Below, piece by piece: positions 1 to 9,423 of a stretch of DNA of 64,000 nt. This stretch comes from Spirochaetota bacterium (GTDB lineage Bacteria; Spirochaetota; Spirochaetia; Sphaerochaetales; Sphaerochaetaceae): the NCBI GenBank assembly GCA_918298275.1, contig CAKJZO010000007.1:6612-70611 (forward strand). Direction: 5' to 3'. Position numbers and translations under genes: made by a program. Positions within the stretch are counted from its first letter, which is position 1, and every line of letters begins with the position of its first letter. The notes under the pieces are model-generated. The model ran no database searches. It was given only the letters and a program-made list of their open reading frames with translations, and was not told where the DNA came from.

Positions 1-50
1 ACGGCAAACAGGAACAGCAGCAGAGAAACAACCAGAAGAAAGCTCTGACC

Positions 51-1385
51 ATGGAAGAGATTTCCATAACGGATGAGGAATATGCCGACCACCTGAACCA
101 CAGGATTATTATAGGAGACCTTGTCACAAGACCTGCAGACGAGCTCAAGGAGCGTCTGGCAGAGATGGCGGGAACATCCGTAGACGATTATCTGGAGTAC
201 AAGAAGCAGGAAGTAATAGTCGAGCTTCTTAAGACCTTCAGCCGCAACGGAGGAGTCATCTACGCCACCGGTACTCTGGAGATTCTCAGCGACGGCTACG
301 GGTTTTTGCGCTCACCGCTCAACAGCTATCTCTCAGGTCCCGAGGATGTTTACGTTTCCCCGGCCATCATCAAGTTCCTGAATCTCAAGACCGGAGATAC
401 CATCGAGGGAATGATGAGAACCCCGAAGGAAAACGAGAGGTTCTTCGCAATTGCAAAGATAGCAACCGTCAACGGAGATGCTCCAATCGTCGCAAAGACC
501 CGCACGAGCTTCGACAATCTGATTCCGCTCTATCCGGATCAGAGAATCAACCTCGAGACCGAGAGAACCGACAACGATGTATCTATGAGAATCATCAATC
601 TGTTCTGTCCTATCGGAAAAGGCCAGAGAGCTCTCATCACAGCTCCGCCGAGGACCGGAAAGACCATCCTCCTGCAGCAGATTGCAAATTCCATCACCAC
701 AAACCATCCGGAAATCAAGCTCATGGTTCTTCTCGTTGACGAAAGACCTGAGGAAGTTACGGACATGAGGCGCAATGTGCGCGGCGAGGTCATCGCCTCC
801 ACGTTCGATGAGCAGGCAACACGCCATGTCACTGTGGCGGAAATGGTCATCGAGAAGGCAAAGCGCCTTGTCGAGCACGGCAAGGATGTCGTGATTCTTC
901 TGGATTCGATTACCCGTCTTGCAAGAGCCTATAACCAGACAGTGCCTGCAAGTGGAAAGATTCTCTCCGGTGGTGTTGATTCCAATGCGCTTCACAAGCC
1001 CAAGAGATTCTTCGGTGCAGCAAGAAACATCGAGAACGGCGGATCTCTGACAATCATTGCATCTGCTCTGATCGAGACAGGCTCCAGGATGGATGAAGTC
1101 ATCTTCGAAGAGTTCAAGGGAACCGGCAACAGCGAGATAGTCCTTGACAGGAGAATGGCTGACAGAAGGCTGTATCCGGCCATCAACATCAAGAAGAGCG
1201 GAACCAGACGTGAGGATCTTATCCTGTCCAAGGACGAGGCTGCACGTATCTGGATTCTCAGAAATGCGATAAACGATCTCGAGGACCTTGAAATGACGGA
1301 GTTCCTCATTGACAAAATGCGTAAAACCAAGAATAATGAGGCGTTCTTGCGTTCCATGAACACGGGGACCGTTCCCATGTTCTAA
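51..1385 (+). CDS. rho: Transcription termination factor Rho
   Basis: 444-aa ORF with the Rho ATPase core (Walker [20 protein letters not shown]), an OB/RNA-binding region (LSDGYGFLR) and the conserved C-terminal [19 protein letters not shown]. The frame stays open back to position 3 of the window, so the start is not secure. Confidence 0.9.
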   Translation: MEEISITDEEYADHLNHRIIIGDLVTRPADELKERLAEMAGTSVDDYLEYKKQEVIVELLKTFSRNGGVIYATGTLEILSDGYGFLRSPLNSYLSGPEDVYVSPAIIKFLNLKTGDTIEGMMRTPKENERFFAIAKIATVNGDAPIVAKTRTSFDNLIPLYPDQRINLETERTDNDVSMRIINLFCPIGKGQRALITAPPRTGKTILLQQIANSITTNHPEIKLMVLLVDERPEEVTDMRRNVRGEVIASTFDEQATRHVTVAEMVIEKAKRLVEHGKDVVILLDSITRLARAYNQTVPASGKILSGGVDSNALHKPKRFFGAARNIENGGSLTIIASALIETGSRMDEVIFEEFKGTGNSEIVLDRRMADRRLYPAINIKKSGTRREDLILSKDEAARIWILRNAINDLEDLEMTEFLIDKMRKTKNNEAFLRSMNTGTVPMF

Positions 1386-1454
1386 AACGGAGACGGCTTA
1401 TTAACTCTTGCAGTCTGCTGCACTACACCAGCAGGCGGAAAACGGAGGACAAAA

Positions 1455-1661
1455 ATGAAGAATGGAATCCACCCGAAGTATGAGCTTACTGAGATCAAGT
1501 GCTCATGCGGCAATGTCATCAAGACAAAGACAACAGCAAAGAACCTCACGGTTGAAATTTGCTCCGCTTGTCACCCGTTCTTTACAGGCACCCAGAAGCT
1601 GGTTGACTCGACAGGAAGAGTCGAGAGATTCAACAAGCGCTACGGTATGCAGTCCAAGTAA
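1455..1661 (+). CDS. rpmE: 50S ribosomal protein L31 (zinc-ribbon type A)
   Basis: 68 aa starting MKNGIHPKY, with CSCG...[10 protein letters not shown] cysteine pairs. A GGAGGA Shine-Dalgarno lies just upstream. Confidence 0.9.
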   Translation: MKNGIHPKYELTEIKCSCGNVIKTKTTAKNLTVEICSACHPFFTGTQKLVDSTGRVERFNKRYGMQSK

Positions 1662-1681
1662 CAGATCTGACGATCTGGAGA

Positions 1682-1720
1682 GGTCCACAGTCAAGGCTGT
1701 GGACCTTTTTATTTTATTTG
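1682..1720 (+). terminator. Rho-independent terminator after rpmE
   Basis: A 9-bp stem GGTCCACAG/CTGTGGACC (1682-1690/1697-1705) with a 6-nt loop, followed by TTTTTATTTTATTT. Confidence 0.75.
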
Positions 1721-1769
1721 CAATATTGAGTTCTGTGTTTTAAGATTTCAGTGAGGGGTATCGGGATAG

Positions 1770-2888
1770 GTGGCTGAAGTCATTGTTCGAGTTCCAGGCG
1801 TCTCTACCGTAATGGGAGAATTTTCACAACACTGCAAGGGTAATGTTCTCTGTTTTGCTAATAACCAGAATCTGACCGTAAAACTATCCGACAGCTCGGA
1901 TAGTCAGGTCCACATCTTCAACAGCTTTACCGGAGACAGGAAGAAGTTTTCGCTTGCCAACATCAAGTTCCGCAAGGAAGACAAGTGGTGCAACAGTGCA
2001 AAAGGTGTCTACTTCAACTTGATGGAGGAGGGTATCAAGCCCAAGGCGTACCAAATTGTCCTGGATGGTGAAGTCCTGAGAAGCGACGGCCCCATGCTTA
2101 CTGCAGCAATCAGCGTGGGAATCAGTTTGGCGCTGAGAAAGGCAATGAATCTTGATCTTTCCGACAACCAGTTGGCATTGCTCTGCTATAAGGTCTGCAC
2201 CCTGTTCTGTTCGGAGAATACCAAATACAGCACCATAAGAACCATGCTGGATGCCAAGGAAGGCAATTTCATTCTGTTTGACCTCGGAAACATGACATAC
2301 GCCGAAATCGGAGATCCGTTTCCGGGCAGCAAGCAGAGCATGCTTATGGTGGACTGCCGGATTCCGCCTGATGCGATGCGGGAAGAAATCAGACACAGGC
2401 ATGAACAGACAGCCGCTGCATTCAGGTTGCTCAGGGACAAGGCTCCGCATTTCCCGATCAGGGACTTTCCAATTTCCGAACTGCGGGACCGGATGATACC
2501 CGTTGATGAGGAAACCCGGCGTATCTGCGCAACGGTTCTGGAAGACAGTATGGCTGCAGCCGGAATGCAACGGATCTTCGAGAGAAAAGACTGCGTTCAG
2601 ATAGGCAGGAGCCTTGGAAAAATCGGCAAGATGATACGCGATGATCTGGAGCTTTCCTGTCCCGAAATGGACTGGATGGTCAAGAGAGCTTCGGAAGTGC
2701 CTCTCTGCTATGGCGCAGGGGTTCTTTTCAACGGAATCAGCGCCTATGTTCTGCTTATCATCGAAGAGTCCTCCATCGATCTCTATAAGGCCAAACTCGA
2801 GGATTACGAGCACATTTTCGGCTTCAAGGCAGAGGTCTCGATACTGGCTCCCGGCGGTGGTTGGTCACTGGTTTCTCAAAGTAGTTAG
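1770..2888 (+). CDS. GHMP-kinase (galactokinase-like) family protein with degenerate motifs
   Basis: 372 aa with a GTG start. The N-terminal PGVSTVMGEFSQHCKGNVL resembles the galactokinase signature (GRVNLIGEHTDYNGG). The phosphate-binding motif position reads DGPMLTAAISVGISLAL rather than a Gly/Ser-rich loop. Confidence 0.55.
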   Translation: MAEVIVRVPGVSTVMGEFSQHCKGNVLCFANNQNLTVKLSDSSDSQVHIFNSFTGDRKKFSLANIKFRKEDKWCNSAKGVYFNLMEEGIKPKAYQIVLDGEVLRSDGPMLTAAISVGISLALRKAMNLDLSDNQLALLCYKVCTLFCSENTKYSTIRTMLDAKEGNFILFDLGNMTYAEIGDPFPGSKQSMLMVDCRIPPDAMREEIRHRHEQTAAAFRLLRDKAPHFPIRDFPISELRDRMIPVDEETRRICATVLEDSMAAAGMQRIFERKDCVQIGRSLGKIGKMIRDDLELSCPEMDWMVKRASEVPLCYGAGVLFNGISAYVLLIIEESSIDLYKAKLEDYEHIFGFKAEVSILAPGGGWSLVSQSS

Positions 2889-2956
2889 AGATAACAAACC
2901 AGAAGACCTTGACGTTATCCGTTTTCAGTTATAACTTTCACTCGTAGGATTAGAAA

Positions 2957-4120
2957 ATGGGAAGATTAATATATCTTGATAATAATGCCACCACACAGAT
3001 GGCTCCCGAGGTTCTGAATGCAATTACGGAAGCTCAGAGCGTTGTCTACGGCAATGCTTCAAGCATGCACACATTCGGACGCGAGGCCCAGAGATTGGTC
3101 GAGCAGGCCCGTGACAACATTGCGTCTCTTCTGGATTGCGACAGCTCGGAGATAACCTTCACAAGTGGAGCATCCGAGTCCAACAACACGGTTTTCATGA
3201 TAGCCAAGTCGCTCATAGAAAAGCGCGGAGGCGGCAGGATAGTGACCACCACGATCGAGCATCCCTCGATAATGGAAACGGTCAAGTATCTGAGAAAATG
3301 CGGCATCCATGTGGATCAGGCTCCAGTTGCCACCGATGGCAGTGTGAAGCTGGACGAGTTCGAGAAACTCATGGGACCGGATGTGGTCCTGGTTTCGGTC
3401 ATGACCGGAAATAACGAGACCGGCACAATTCAGCCTATAGAAACAATATCTCAGATTGCACATAAGTACGGAGCTTTAATGCATACCGATGCTACTCAGG
3501 CTATCGGAAAGCTTCAGCTTTCATGCAAAAAGTGGAATCTGGATTATCTTTCATGCAGCGGACACAAGTTCTACGGACCTAAGGGTGTGGGTGTCCTGTA
3601 TGCGAAAAAGGGAATCCCGTATGAGCCGTTCGTGCATGGCGGAGAACAGGAACATGGCCGTAGGGCCGGCACCTACAACACCATCGCAATCTACGGAATG
3701 GGTGTGGCTGCCAAGCTCGCAAAGGAGAACATCGACGAGGAGTCCAGAAGGCTTTGGACAATGCGCGAGAAGCTCCGCGAGGGAATAGTTGCAAAGGTTC
3801 CCAACGTCGTGGTCAACGGATGCAATGACCGCCAGCACTGCCTGCCGGGAACTCTGGATGTTTCCTTCGAGAACGTCGAGGGAGAATCCATTCTCCTGAT
3901 GCTGGATATAGCCGGGATTGCAGTTTCGACGGGATCGGCCTGCGCCACCGGATCGCTGGAGCCCAGCTATGTACTTATGGCCGGCGGACTGGATGTAGAG
4001 CTTGCCCACGGATCTATTCGCTTCTCGTTCGGCAGGTTCAACACCATGGAGGATGTGGATTATGTCCTTGAGGTCCTTCCTCCGATCATCAGCAGACTCA
4101 GGGCAATATCAACAAGGTAA
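2957..4120 (+). CDS. nifS: Cysteine desulfurase, NifS type (class V aminotransferase)
   Basis: 387 aa. It has the PLP-lysine motif SCSGHKFYGPKG, the active-site Cys loop STGSACATG, and the typical N-terminus IYLDNNATT. Confidence 0.9.
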   Translation: MGRLIYLDNNATTQMAPEVLNAITEAQSVVYGNASSMHTFGREAQRLVEQARDNIASLLDCDSSEITFTSGASESNNTVFMIAKSLIEKRGGGRIVTTTIEHPSIMETVKYLRKCGIHVDQAPVATDGSVKLDEFEKLMGPDVVLVSVMTGNNETGTIQPIETISQIAHKYGALMHTDATQAIGKLQLSCKKWNLDYLSCSGHKFYGPKGVGVLYAKKGIPYEPFVHGGEQEHGRRAGTYNTIAIYGMGVAAKLAKENIDEESRRLWTMREKLREGIVAKVPNVVVNGCNDRQHCLPGTLDVSFENVEGESILLMLDIAGIAVSTGSACATGSLEPSYVLMAGGLDVELAHGSIRFSFGRFNTMEDVDYVLEVLPPIISRLRAISTR

Positions 4121-4129
4121 GAGGTTACT

Positions 4130-4738
4130 ATGGACAGTTTCATGGCCCAGTGGGTTTATACGGATACAGTCAAAGATCATTTCATGAATCCCAGGAACAT
4201 CTGGAACAAGGATGAGAACTGGGTTCCCGATGCATCTGGTGAAGTCGGATCGCTTGCATGCGGAGACCAGATGAGAGTCGGAATCAAGGTTGTCGATGAC
4301 AAGATTTCAGACATCAGATGGCTTACATACGGTTGTGCCAGTGCAATTGCCAGCACCTCCATGATGAGCGAGATGGTCAAGGGAATGACTCTTGAAGAGG
4401 CATACCACATCACTCCTGAGATGATCACCGACCAGCTAGGAGGACTTCCCCAGCACAAGTTCCATTGCTCGGTTCTCGGAGACAAGGCCCTTAGGGCTGC
4501 AATCGATGATTATCTTGAAAAGAATGGCAGGGAGAATCCCTTCAGAAGTTCGATTGCAAAGATAATCTGCGAGTGCAAGGGCGTCACCGACCAGATGATC
4601 GAACACCTTGTTGCAACTGATCAGGCCAAGACCCTCGAAGATCTTCAGAGACTCACCGGCTATGGTACAGGTTGCGGTAGGTGCAAGGCCCGCATCGAGC
4701 ATGAGTTTGAAGAAATGAAGCACATTCACGGGAAATAA
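4130..4738 (+). CDS. nifU: NifU-like Fe-S cluster scaffold (IscU-like domain plus BFD-like [2Fe-2S] domain)
   Basis: 202 aa. The scaffold cysteines lie in LACGD, YGCASA and HCSVL. The C-terminal CECKGVT...GCGRC motif is BFD-like. The gene sits directly downstream of nifS. Confidence 0.85.
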   Translation: MDSFMAQWVYTDTVKDHFMNPRNIWNKDENWVPDASGEVGSLACGDQMRVGIKVVDDKISDIRWLTYGCASAIASTSMMSEMVKGMTLEEAYHITPEMITDQLGGLPQHKFHCSVLGDKALRAAIDDYLEKNGRENPFRSSIAKIICECKGVTDQMIEHLVATDQAKTLEDLQRLTGYGTGCGRCKARIEHEFEEMKHIHGK

Positions 4739-4839
4739 TCCGAATTTCCCGTGAAAATAACCTTGTCAAGGGCGGCTTTGCCGTTCATCTTGACCCTTGA
4801 CGAGGTTTTATCCACGAAATAATCCGAATTCCCCGTGAA
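4727..4839 (+). repeat. Imperfect direct repeat of a hairpin element flanking a second hairpin
   Basis: Copy 1 is CACGGGAAATAATCCGAATTTCCCGTGAA (4727-4755); it forms a perfect 10-bp stem and overlaps the nifU stop codon. Copy 2 is CACGAAATAATCCGAATTCCCCGTGAA (4813-4839) and its stem is decayed. Between them lies an 11-bp stem, CTTGTCAAGGG/CCCTTGACGAG (4762-4772/4794-4804). Confidence 0.6.
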
Positions 4840-4861
4840 TATGGAGAAACATGTTGAATAA

Positions 4862-4882
4862 GCCGCCTTCGGGCGGTTTTTC
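4862..4882 (+). terminator. Rho-independent terminator of nifSU
   Basis: GCCGCC-TTCG-GGCGG stem-loop followed by TTTTTCTT. Confidence 0.75.
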
Positions 4883-4911
4883 TTGCCTTTTGGGCATTTT
4901 GCAAGGATACT

Positions 4912-6585
4912 TTGCATATGAGAGAAATAGTAGCGTCAGTTGAAGGAAAAAAGTATAAGGTACCGGCATTTTCAAGTGCCAGAGAGATTCTGGAGAAAGC
5001 CGGCATGGCCCTCGGAACAGACTATCAGGAAAACCCAATCGTCGCTGCTCTGGTCAACGGCAGACTCAGCCCTTTGGGAACCCCTGTTCCTATGTCATGC
5101 CCGATTGAGCCTGTCAGGGCATTCCAGGGTTTCGGGCGAAGGGTCTACAGGCACAGCCTCTGCTTTCTTCTCTGCTATGCCTCCAAGCTTGTTTTCCCAA
5201 AGAGAAGACTTGTCATCGGGCACTCGCTCGGCGACGGATTCTTCTTCAACTACGAGGATGCAAAAGATACCGACAAGGACCAGATAGAAGCACTGAGTGC
5301 AAAGATGAAGGAACTTGTCGAGCAGAAGCTGGATATCGAGTATGTCTCGCTTTCAAACCAGGATGCCATCAAGGCCCTCAAGAAACAGGGCTACGAGGAT
5401 GCCGTTCTGCTTCTGAAGTCCATGAATGCACCCTCGGTGGACCTATATAAGCTGCAGGAATACTACCAGATTGCATATGAGCCCATCGTAGACAACACAA
5501 GCGTTCTTGGTGTATGGGATCTCAGATCCTACGAGAACGGTATGCTTCTCAGGTATCCTGTCAAGGAAAGCATCCACAGCGTTGTCCAGTTCAAGGACAA
5601 CCAGAAGCTGTTCGAAGTCTTCAACGAGTACCGTGCCTGGGGTAAGATTCTCGGTGTCAGCTATGTCGGTGAAATGAACAGAATGTGCTCGAATAACACC
5701 GCTGAGCAGTATGTCAGGCTTTCCGAAGCACTCCAGAGGCGTAAAATCGCCAGCATTGCAGATGACATTCACAACCGCAAGGCAAAGGCCGTTTTCATTG
5801 CTGGACCTTCGTCCTCCGGTAAGACCACATTTGCAAAGAAACTATGCGAGCAGCTTCTGCTGATGGAATATTCCCCGATAAAAATCTCTCTGGATGACTA
5901 CTACAAACAGCGTCAGTATGCACCTCTGGACGAGGAAGGAAAACCGGATTTCGAGGCTCTGGAAGCCTTGGATACGGACATGTTCGACCGCAATATGCAT
6001 GATCTGTTTGCAGGTCAGGAGGTGGATCTTCCGCACTTCAGCTTTACGGAAAATGCCACCTATTACCTCAACAAGCCAATCAAGATGAATAGCCATACGA
6101 TCTTTGTAATAGAGGGAATTCATGGCCTGAATCCGAAGATTGTGTCAAAAATCGAGCCTAAATATGTATATAAGGTATATATTTCTGCCCTGACACAGCT
6201 GAACATGGATGACTGCAATAGAGTCTCCACAACAGATGACAGGATGCTCAGAAGAATTCTTCGTGACTACCGGACCCGCGGTTCCAGTGCAGAGGAAACG
6301 CTGCTGATGTGGCCGAGCGTCTCACGTGGAGAAAGGGTCCATATCTTCCCGAATCAGAACAACGCCGATGTCATGTTCAACAGTGCGCTGGACTATGAAC
6401 TCGGAGTTCTCTCTCCGTTCGTGGCGCCGCTCCTTCATGAGGTAAGCCCGGATTCAGGCACTGCATACACGCATGCCCAGAGACTTCTGGCCTTCCTCGA
6501 GAACATATATGCGATTCCCTCATCCTTCGTTCCGAGCGATTCGATTCTAAGGGAGTTCATAGGCGAAAGCGATTACGAGGACTGA
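4912..6585 (+). CDS. TGS-domain / uridine-kinase-family (P-loop nucleoside kinase) fusion protein
   Basis: 557 aa. The N-terminal third resembles the ThrRS/TGS region, and the C-terminal half has the P-loop IAGPSSSGKTTFAKKL and uridine kinase/PRK-like blocks. The track start is a TTG at 4912; the ATG at 4918 is an equally plausible start. Confidence 0.7.
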   Translation: MHMREIVASVEGKKYKVPAFSSAREILEKAGMALGTDYQENPIVAALVNGRLSPLGTPVPMSCPIEPVRAFQGFGRRVYRHSLCFLLCYASKLVFPKRRLVIGHSLGDGFFFNYEDAKDTDKDQIEALSAKMKELVEQKLDIEYVSLSNQDAIKALKKQGYEDAVLLLKSMNAPSVDLYKLQEYYQIAYEPIVDNTSVLGVWDLRSYENGMLLRYPVKESIHSVVQFKDNQKLFEVFNEYRAWGKILGVSYVGEMNRMCSNNTAEQYVRLSEALQRRKIASIADDIHNRKAKAVFIAGPSSSGKTTFAKKLCEQLLLMEYSPIKISLDDYYKQRQYAPLDEEGKPDFEALEALDTDMFDRNMHDLFAGQEVDLPHFSFTENATYYLNKPIKMNSHTIFVIEGIHGLNPKIVSKIEPKYVYKVYISALTQLNMDDCNRVSTTDDRMLRRILRDYRTRGSSAEETLLMWPSVSRGERVHIFPNQNNADVMFNSALDYELGVLSPFVAPLLHEVSPDSGTAYTHAQRLLAFLENIYAIPSSFVPSDSILREFIGESDYED

Positions 6586-6631
6586 TTCCTCCGCGATTGA
6601 CGAGGTACTTCAATCAAGGTAAATTTGTGCT

Positions 6632-7060
6632 ATGACGTATGAGATTCTGGACACCTGTAACGGGTGTGGGACATGCCTCTCGATTTGTCCCGTCAAGGCT
6701 ATTTCCTGCGGGCCCGGGAGGATTCATTCAATCAATGCAGACTACTGCATAGGTTGCGGTGCCTGTTTCCGTGTATGTGCAAACTCATCCGTCATCGATT
6801 CTTTCGGCAACACCGGAGAAAAGGAAAGCAAAAGGTTCTGGCTTATCCCTCATTTCGACAAGAATCAGTGCAGGCGTTGCGGCAAGTGCTATGAGATGTG
6901 TCCTGCCGGAATAATAACCAGACCTGACAGCGAGAGGGAGCCTTCTCTGACAAACGCCAAGCTCTGTGCTTCATGCCGTTGGTGCGAGAAGGTCTGCGTT
7001 TTCGATGCCATCTCGTTTTCGCCTGCTTCAGGCGATAATGCCAGTGGAGGACCAAAGTGA
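6632..7060 (+). CDS. Polyferredoxin with four [4Fe-4S] binding motifs
   Basis: 142 aa with four CxxCxxCxxxC(P) motifs: CNGCGTCLSICP, CIGCGACFRVC, CRRCGKCYEMCP and CASCRWCEKVC. Its stop overlaps the start of the downstream AOR gene (GTGA). Confidence 0.85.
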   Translation: MTYEILDTCNGCGTCLSICPVKAISCGPGRIHSINADYCIGCGACFRVCANSSVIDSFGNTGEKESKRFWLIPHFDKNQCRRCGKCYEMCPAGIITRPDSEREPSLTNAKLCASCRWCEKVCVFDAISFSPASGDNASGGPK

Positions 7061-8922
7061 ACATAGCGGTACTCAGACAGCATCTTGAGAGCCTGGACAG
7101 ACGTTTCTGTGAAGAAGCGATGGCAGAGAGACGCAACCTCAAGGCTCTGGTTCTGGACTTGAGCGAAGAAACCCATTACGAATGGGTGATTCCCGAGCCT
7201 ATTCTCGACTCCTATATCTCCGGTCCGGCACTCGGTGCCAGACTCTGGGCTGAGTTTGCCGGCTCAGATGTTGAGGAAGAATCGACATACGAATCAAACA
7301 ACCCCATAGTCATAACGGCATCTGCTCTTACCAATTCGGGAATAGCAGGTTGTGAAAGCGTCAGCATTGCGTTCCGTTCACCTGTTACAGGAAGACTTGC
7401 ATTCAATGTTGTCTCCAATTCCGTGGGAATGCGGCTGGATGCCCTTGGATATTGCGCTCTGATTGTCATCGGAAGACTCAGACGACCTACCGTCATCGAC
7501 GTCCGTAAGAGCGGGGTGACATACAATGTGTCTGAGATATTCATCGAATACACGGTCAGCCAGATCGAAAACCTGGTCGGCGTAGGCCCAATGACTACAG
7601 CTCTTTCCATCGGACCTGCAGGAGAGCAGAAGGTTCCTTTTGCAGCAGTTGTCTGTGAAGGCATGGTAACCGGTCGCGGAGGACTTGGGTGCGTGTTCGG
7701 TTTCAAGAACATCAAGGCTCTCTGTATCACCGGCTTCTGCACGGACTACAGACGGACCGGGGATGAAACTGAAATCAGCAAGGTTTCCGATAAGCTGATG
7801 AAAGCCATCGAAGGCAGTGAGTACTGTCGCCGCATGAACCGCGGAGGTTCTGCATCCCTGATCAGCCGTGCGAGCAAGAACGGCTGGGCTCCGGTATTCA
7901 ACTTCAGCCGACGTACCGATCCGAGGCTTTTCCATCTCGGCGGAGAGGAGACGAACCGACGCTACGGAAACGAACATGGCGGTTGCATGGCCTGTCCGGT
8001 GCTCTGCAGACACAGGACCAGAGACGGGGTCTCGATTCCCGGTTATGAATCCATCCTGATGCTCGGACCGAACATTGCGTGTTTCGATATGGACAAGATC
8101 ATCGAGCGTCATGCTCAGTGCCTGGACTTCGGACTTGATCCGGTATCAACCGGAAATGTCATGGGTTGGGCCAGCGAGGCATGGTCAAGCGGACTGGTCA
8201 ATCTCTTTGAGCCTGACTTCTCATTCAAGGACAACTCCAAGGTTCTTCCTCTGATTGAAATGATTGCACGCAGGACAGGACCGGGTGAGCCGCTGAGCTT
8301 CGGAACCTATGCGCTTGGGAAGGCATATCATGCCGAGGACTTTGCATACACCATCCGCGGTCTCGAATGCGGACCGTTCGATTACAGGGGAGCATACTGC
8401 CAGAGCCTTTCGGACTGCATGGGTTTCTGGTTCGACAACTATTTCGAGATCCACTGCGATATAAGCACCTCGGACAAGGCTGCCTGGGAGGTTCTTAATG
8501 AGAACCTCGTAATGGGTCTTGAGAGCTACGGGTTGTCTCCGGCTTTGATTGTTCCTACTGTTGTAGAGAACTGCAAGAAGCTCAAGAAGAGGTTTAAAAT
8601 ACTTCCGAAAACGGAAACAAATAGCGTAAAACCATCGTTTCCTGCCGAAATAATCAGTGCTGTGACCGGTTTTGACATTCTTCCGGACCAGATAATCGAA
8701 ATGGGTGAGAGGTGCTGGAGGCTTGTTTATGAGATAGACAGGGCCTTGGGTTTCGACATGCTCAATGATTCGGAAGACCTTTTGCCGGAGCATTTCTTCA
8801 TTGATCCGGACAGCAACCACGAAGTATCTTCAATCGTTCCTATCAGGAGTCTTGTCGACCGTTATAGTTTCCTTCGCAAGCAGACCATCGCCATCCAGGG
8901 CTCTGATTTCAAGGCCTACTGA
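7057..8922 (+). CDS. Aldehyde:ferredoxin oxidoreductase family (tungstopterin enzyme)
   Basis: 621 aa. It has the AOR N-terminal domain (LVLDLS..., GGLGCVFGFKNIKAL), the cluster motif CMACPVLC (CxxCxxxC) and an LSDCMG pterin-region motif. The start may be the GTG at 7057 or the ATG at 7120. Confidence 0.8.
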   Translation: MNIAVLRQHLESLDRRFCEEAMAERRNLKALVLDLSEETHYEWVIPEPILDSYISGPALGARLWAEFAGSDVEEESTYESNNPIVITASALTNSGIAGCESVSIAFRSPVTGRLAFNVVSNSVGMRLDALGYCALIVIGRLRRPTVIDVRKSGVTYNVSEIFIEYTVSQIENLVGVGPMTTALSIGPAGEQKVPFAAVVCEGMVTGRGGLGCVFGFKNIKALCITGFCTDYRRTGDETEISKVSDKLMKAIEGSEYCRRMNRGGSASLISRASKNGWAPVFNFSRRTDPRLFHLGGEETNRRYGNEHGGCMACPVLCRHRTRDGVSIPGYESILMLGPNIACFDMDKIIERHAQCLDFGLDPVSTGNVMGWASEAWSSGLVNLFEPDFSFKDNSKVLPLIEMIARRTGPGEPLSFGTYALGKAYHAEDFAYTIRGLECGPFDYRGAYCQSLSDCMGFWFDNYFEIHCDISTSDKAAWEVLNENLVMGLESYGLSPALIVPTVVENCKKLKKRFKILPKTETNSVKPSFPAEIISAVTGFDILPDQIIEMGERCWRLVYEIDRALGFDMLNDSEDLLPEHFFIDPDSNHEVSSIVPIRSLVDRYSFLRKQTIAIQGSDFKAY

Positions 8923-9423
8923 TCCGTCTTCATTGAAAACCACCAGTGCATAAGAGGGTTTGCTTCCTCCCCTCGGGCGGGAGGGTGAGCCCGGATTCAG
9001 ATATGTAATTCTTTTCCCATCAACGAATTCACTTGTAATTTCATTGCAATGGGAATGACCTGTTATCACTAGATCGAAATCCTTGTCCTCAAGGCCCACG
9101 GAGCTCGGACTTGCATACAGATGTCCATGTGTGATGAAGATCCTCAGACCTCTGAAAGAGCATGTTCTGTACAGCGGAAGATCAAGATTCACATCCGTCC
9201 AGGACCATCTGTTGTCGCAGTTTCCCTGTACCGGCAGAAATAAATAGCTGCGCAGCTGCACACTTTGTGTGATGAAGTAGTTTTCGATATCCAGGTCGCC
9301 CGCATAAAGGAAGGCCAGACAGTCGGGACAGGCTGCGATTTTGGCCAGTTTCTCGAAGCATTCGTCCGAGCTGTGGACGTCACTGGCGACAAGTAGAAAT
9401 TTCTTATCTTTTAATCCAAGCAT
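8830..9423 (-). CDS. YfcE-family metallophosphoesterase
   Basis: 197 aa with calcineurin-like motifs: LLVASDVHS, YAGDL, ITHGH and ITGHSH. The 3' end overlaps the convergent AOR gene. Confidence 0.75.
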   Translation of the reverse strand: MLGLKDKKFLLVASDVHSSDECFEKLAKIAACPDCLAFLYAGDLDIENYFITQSVQLRSYLFLPVQGNCDNRWSWTDVNLDLPLYRTCSFRGLRIFITHGHLYASPSSVGLEDKDFDLVITGHSHCNEITSEFVDGKRITYLNPGSPSRPRGGSKPSYALVVFNEDGSVGLEIRALDGDGLLAKETITVDKTPDRND

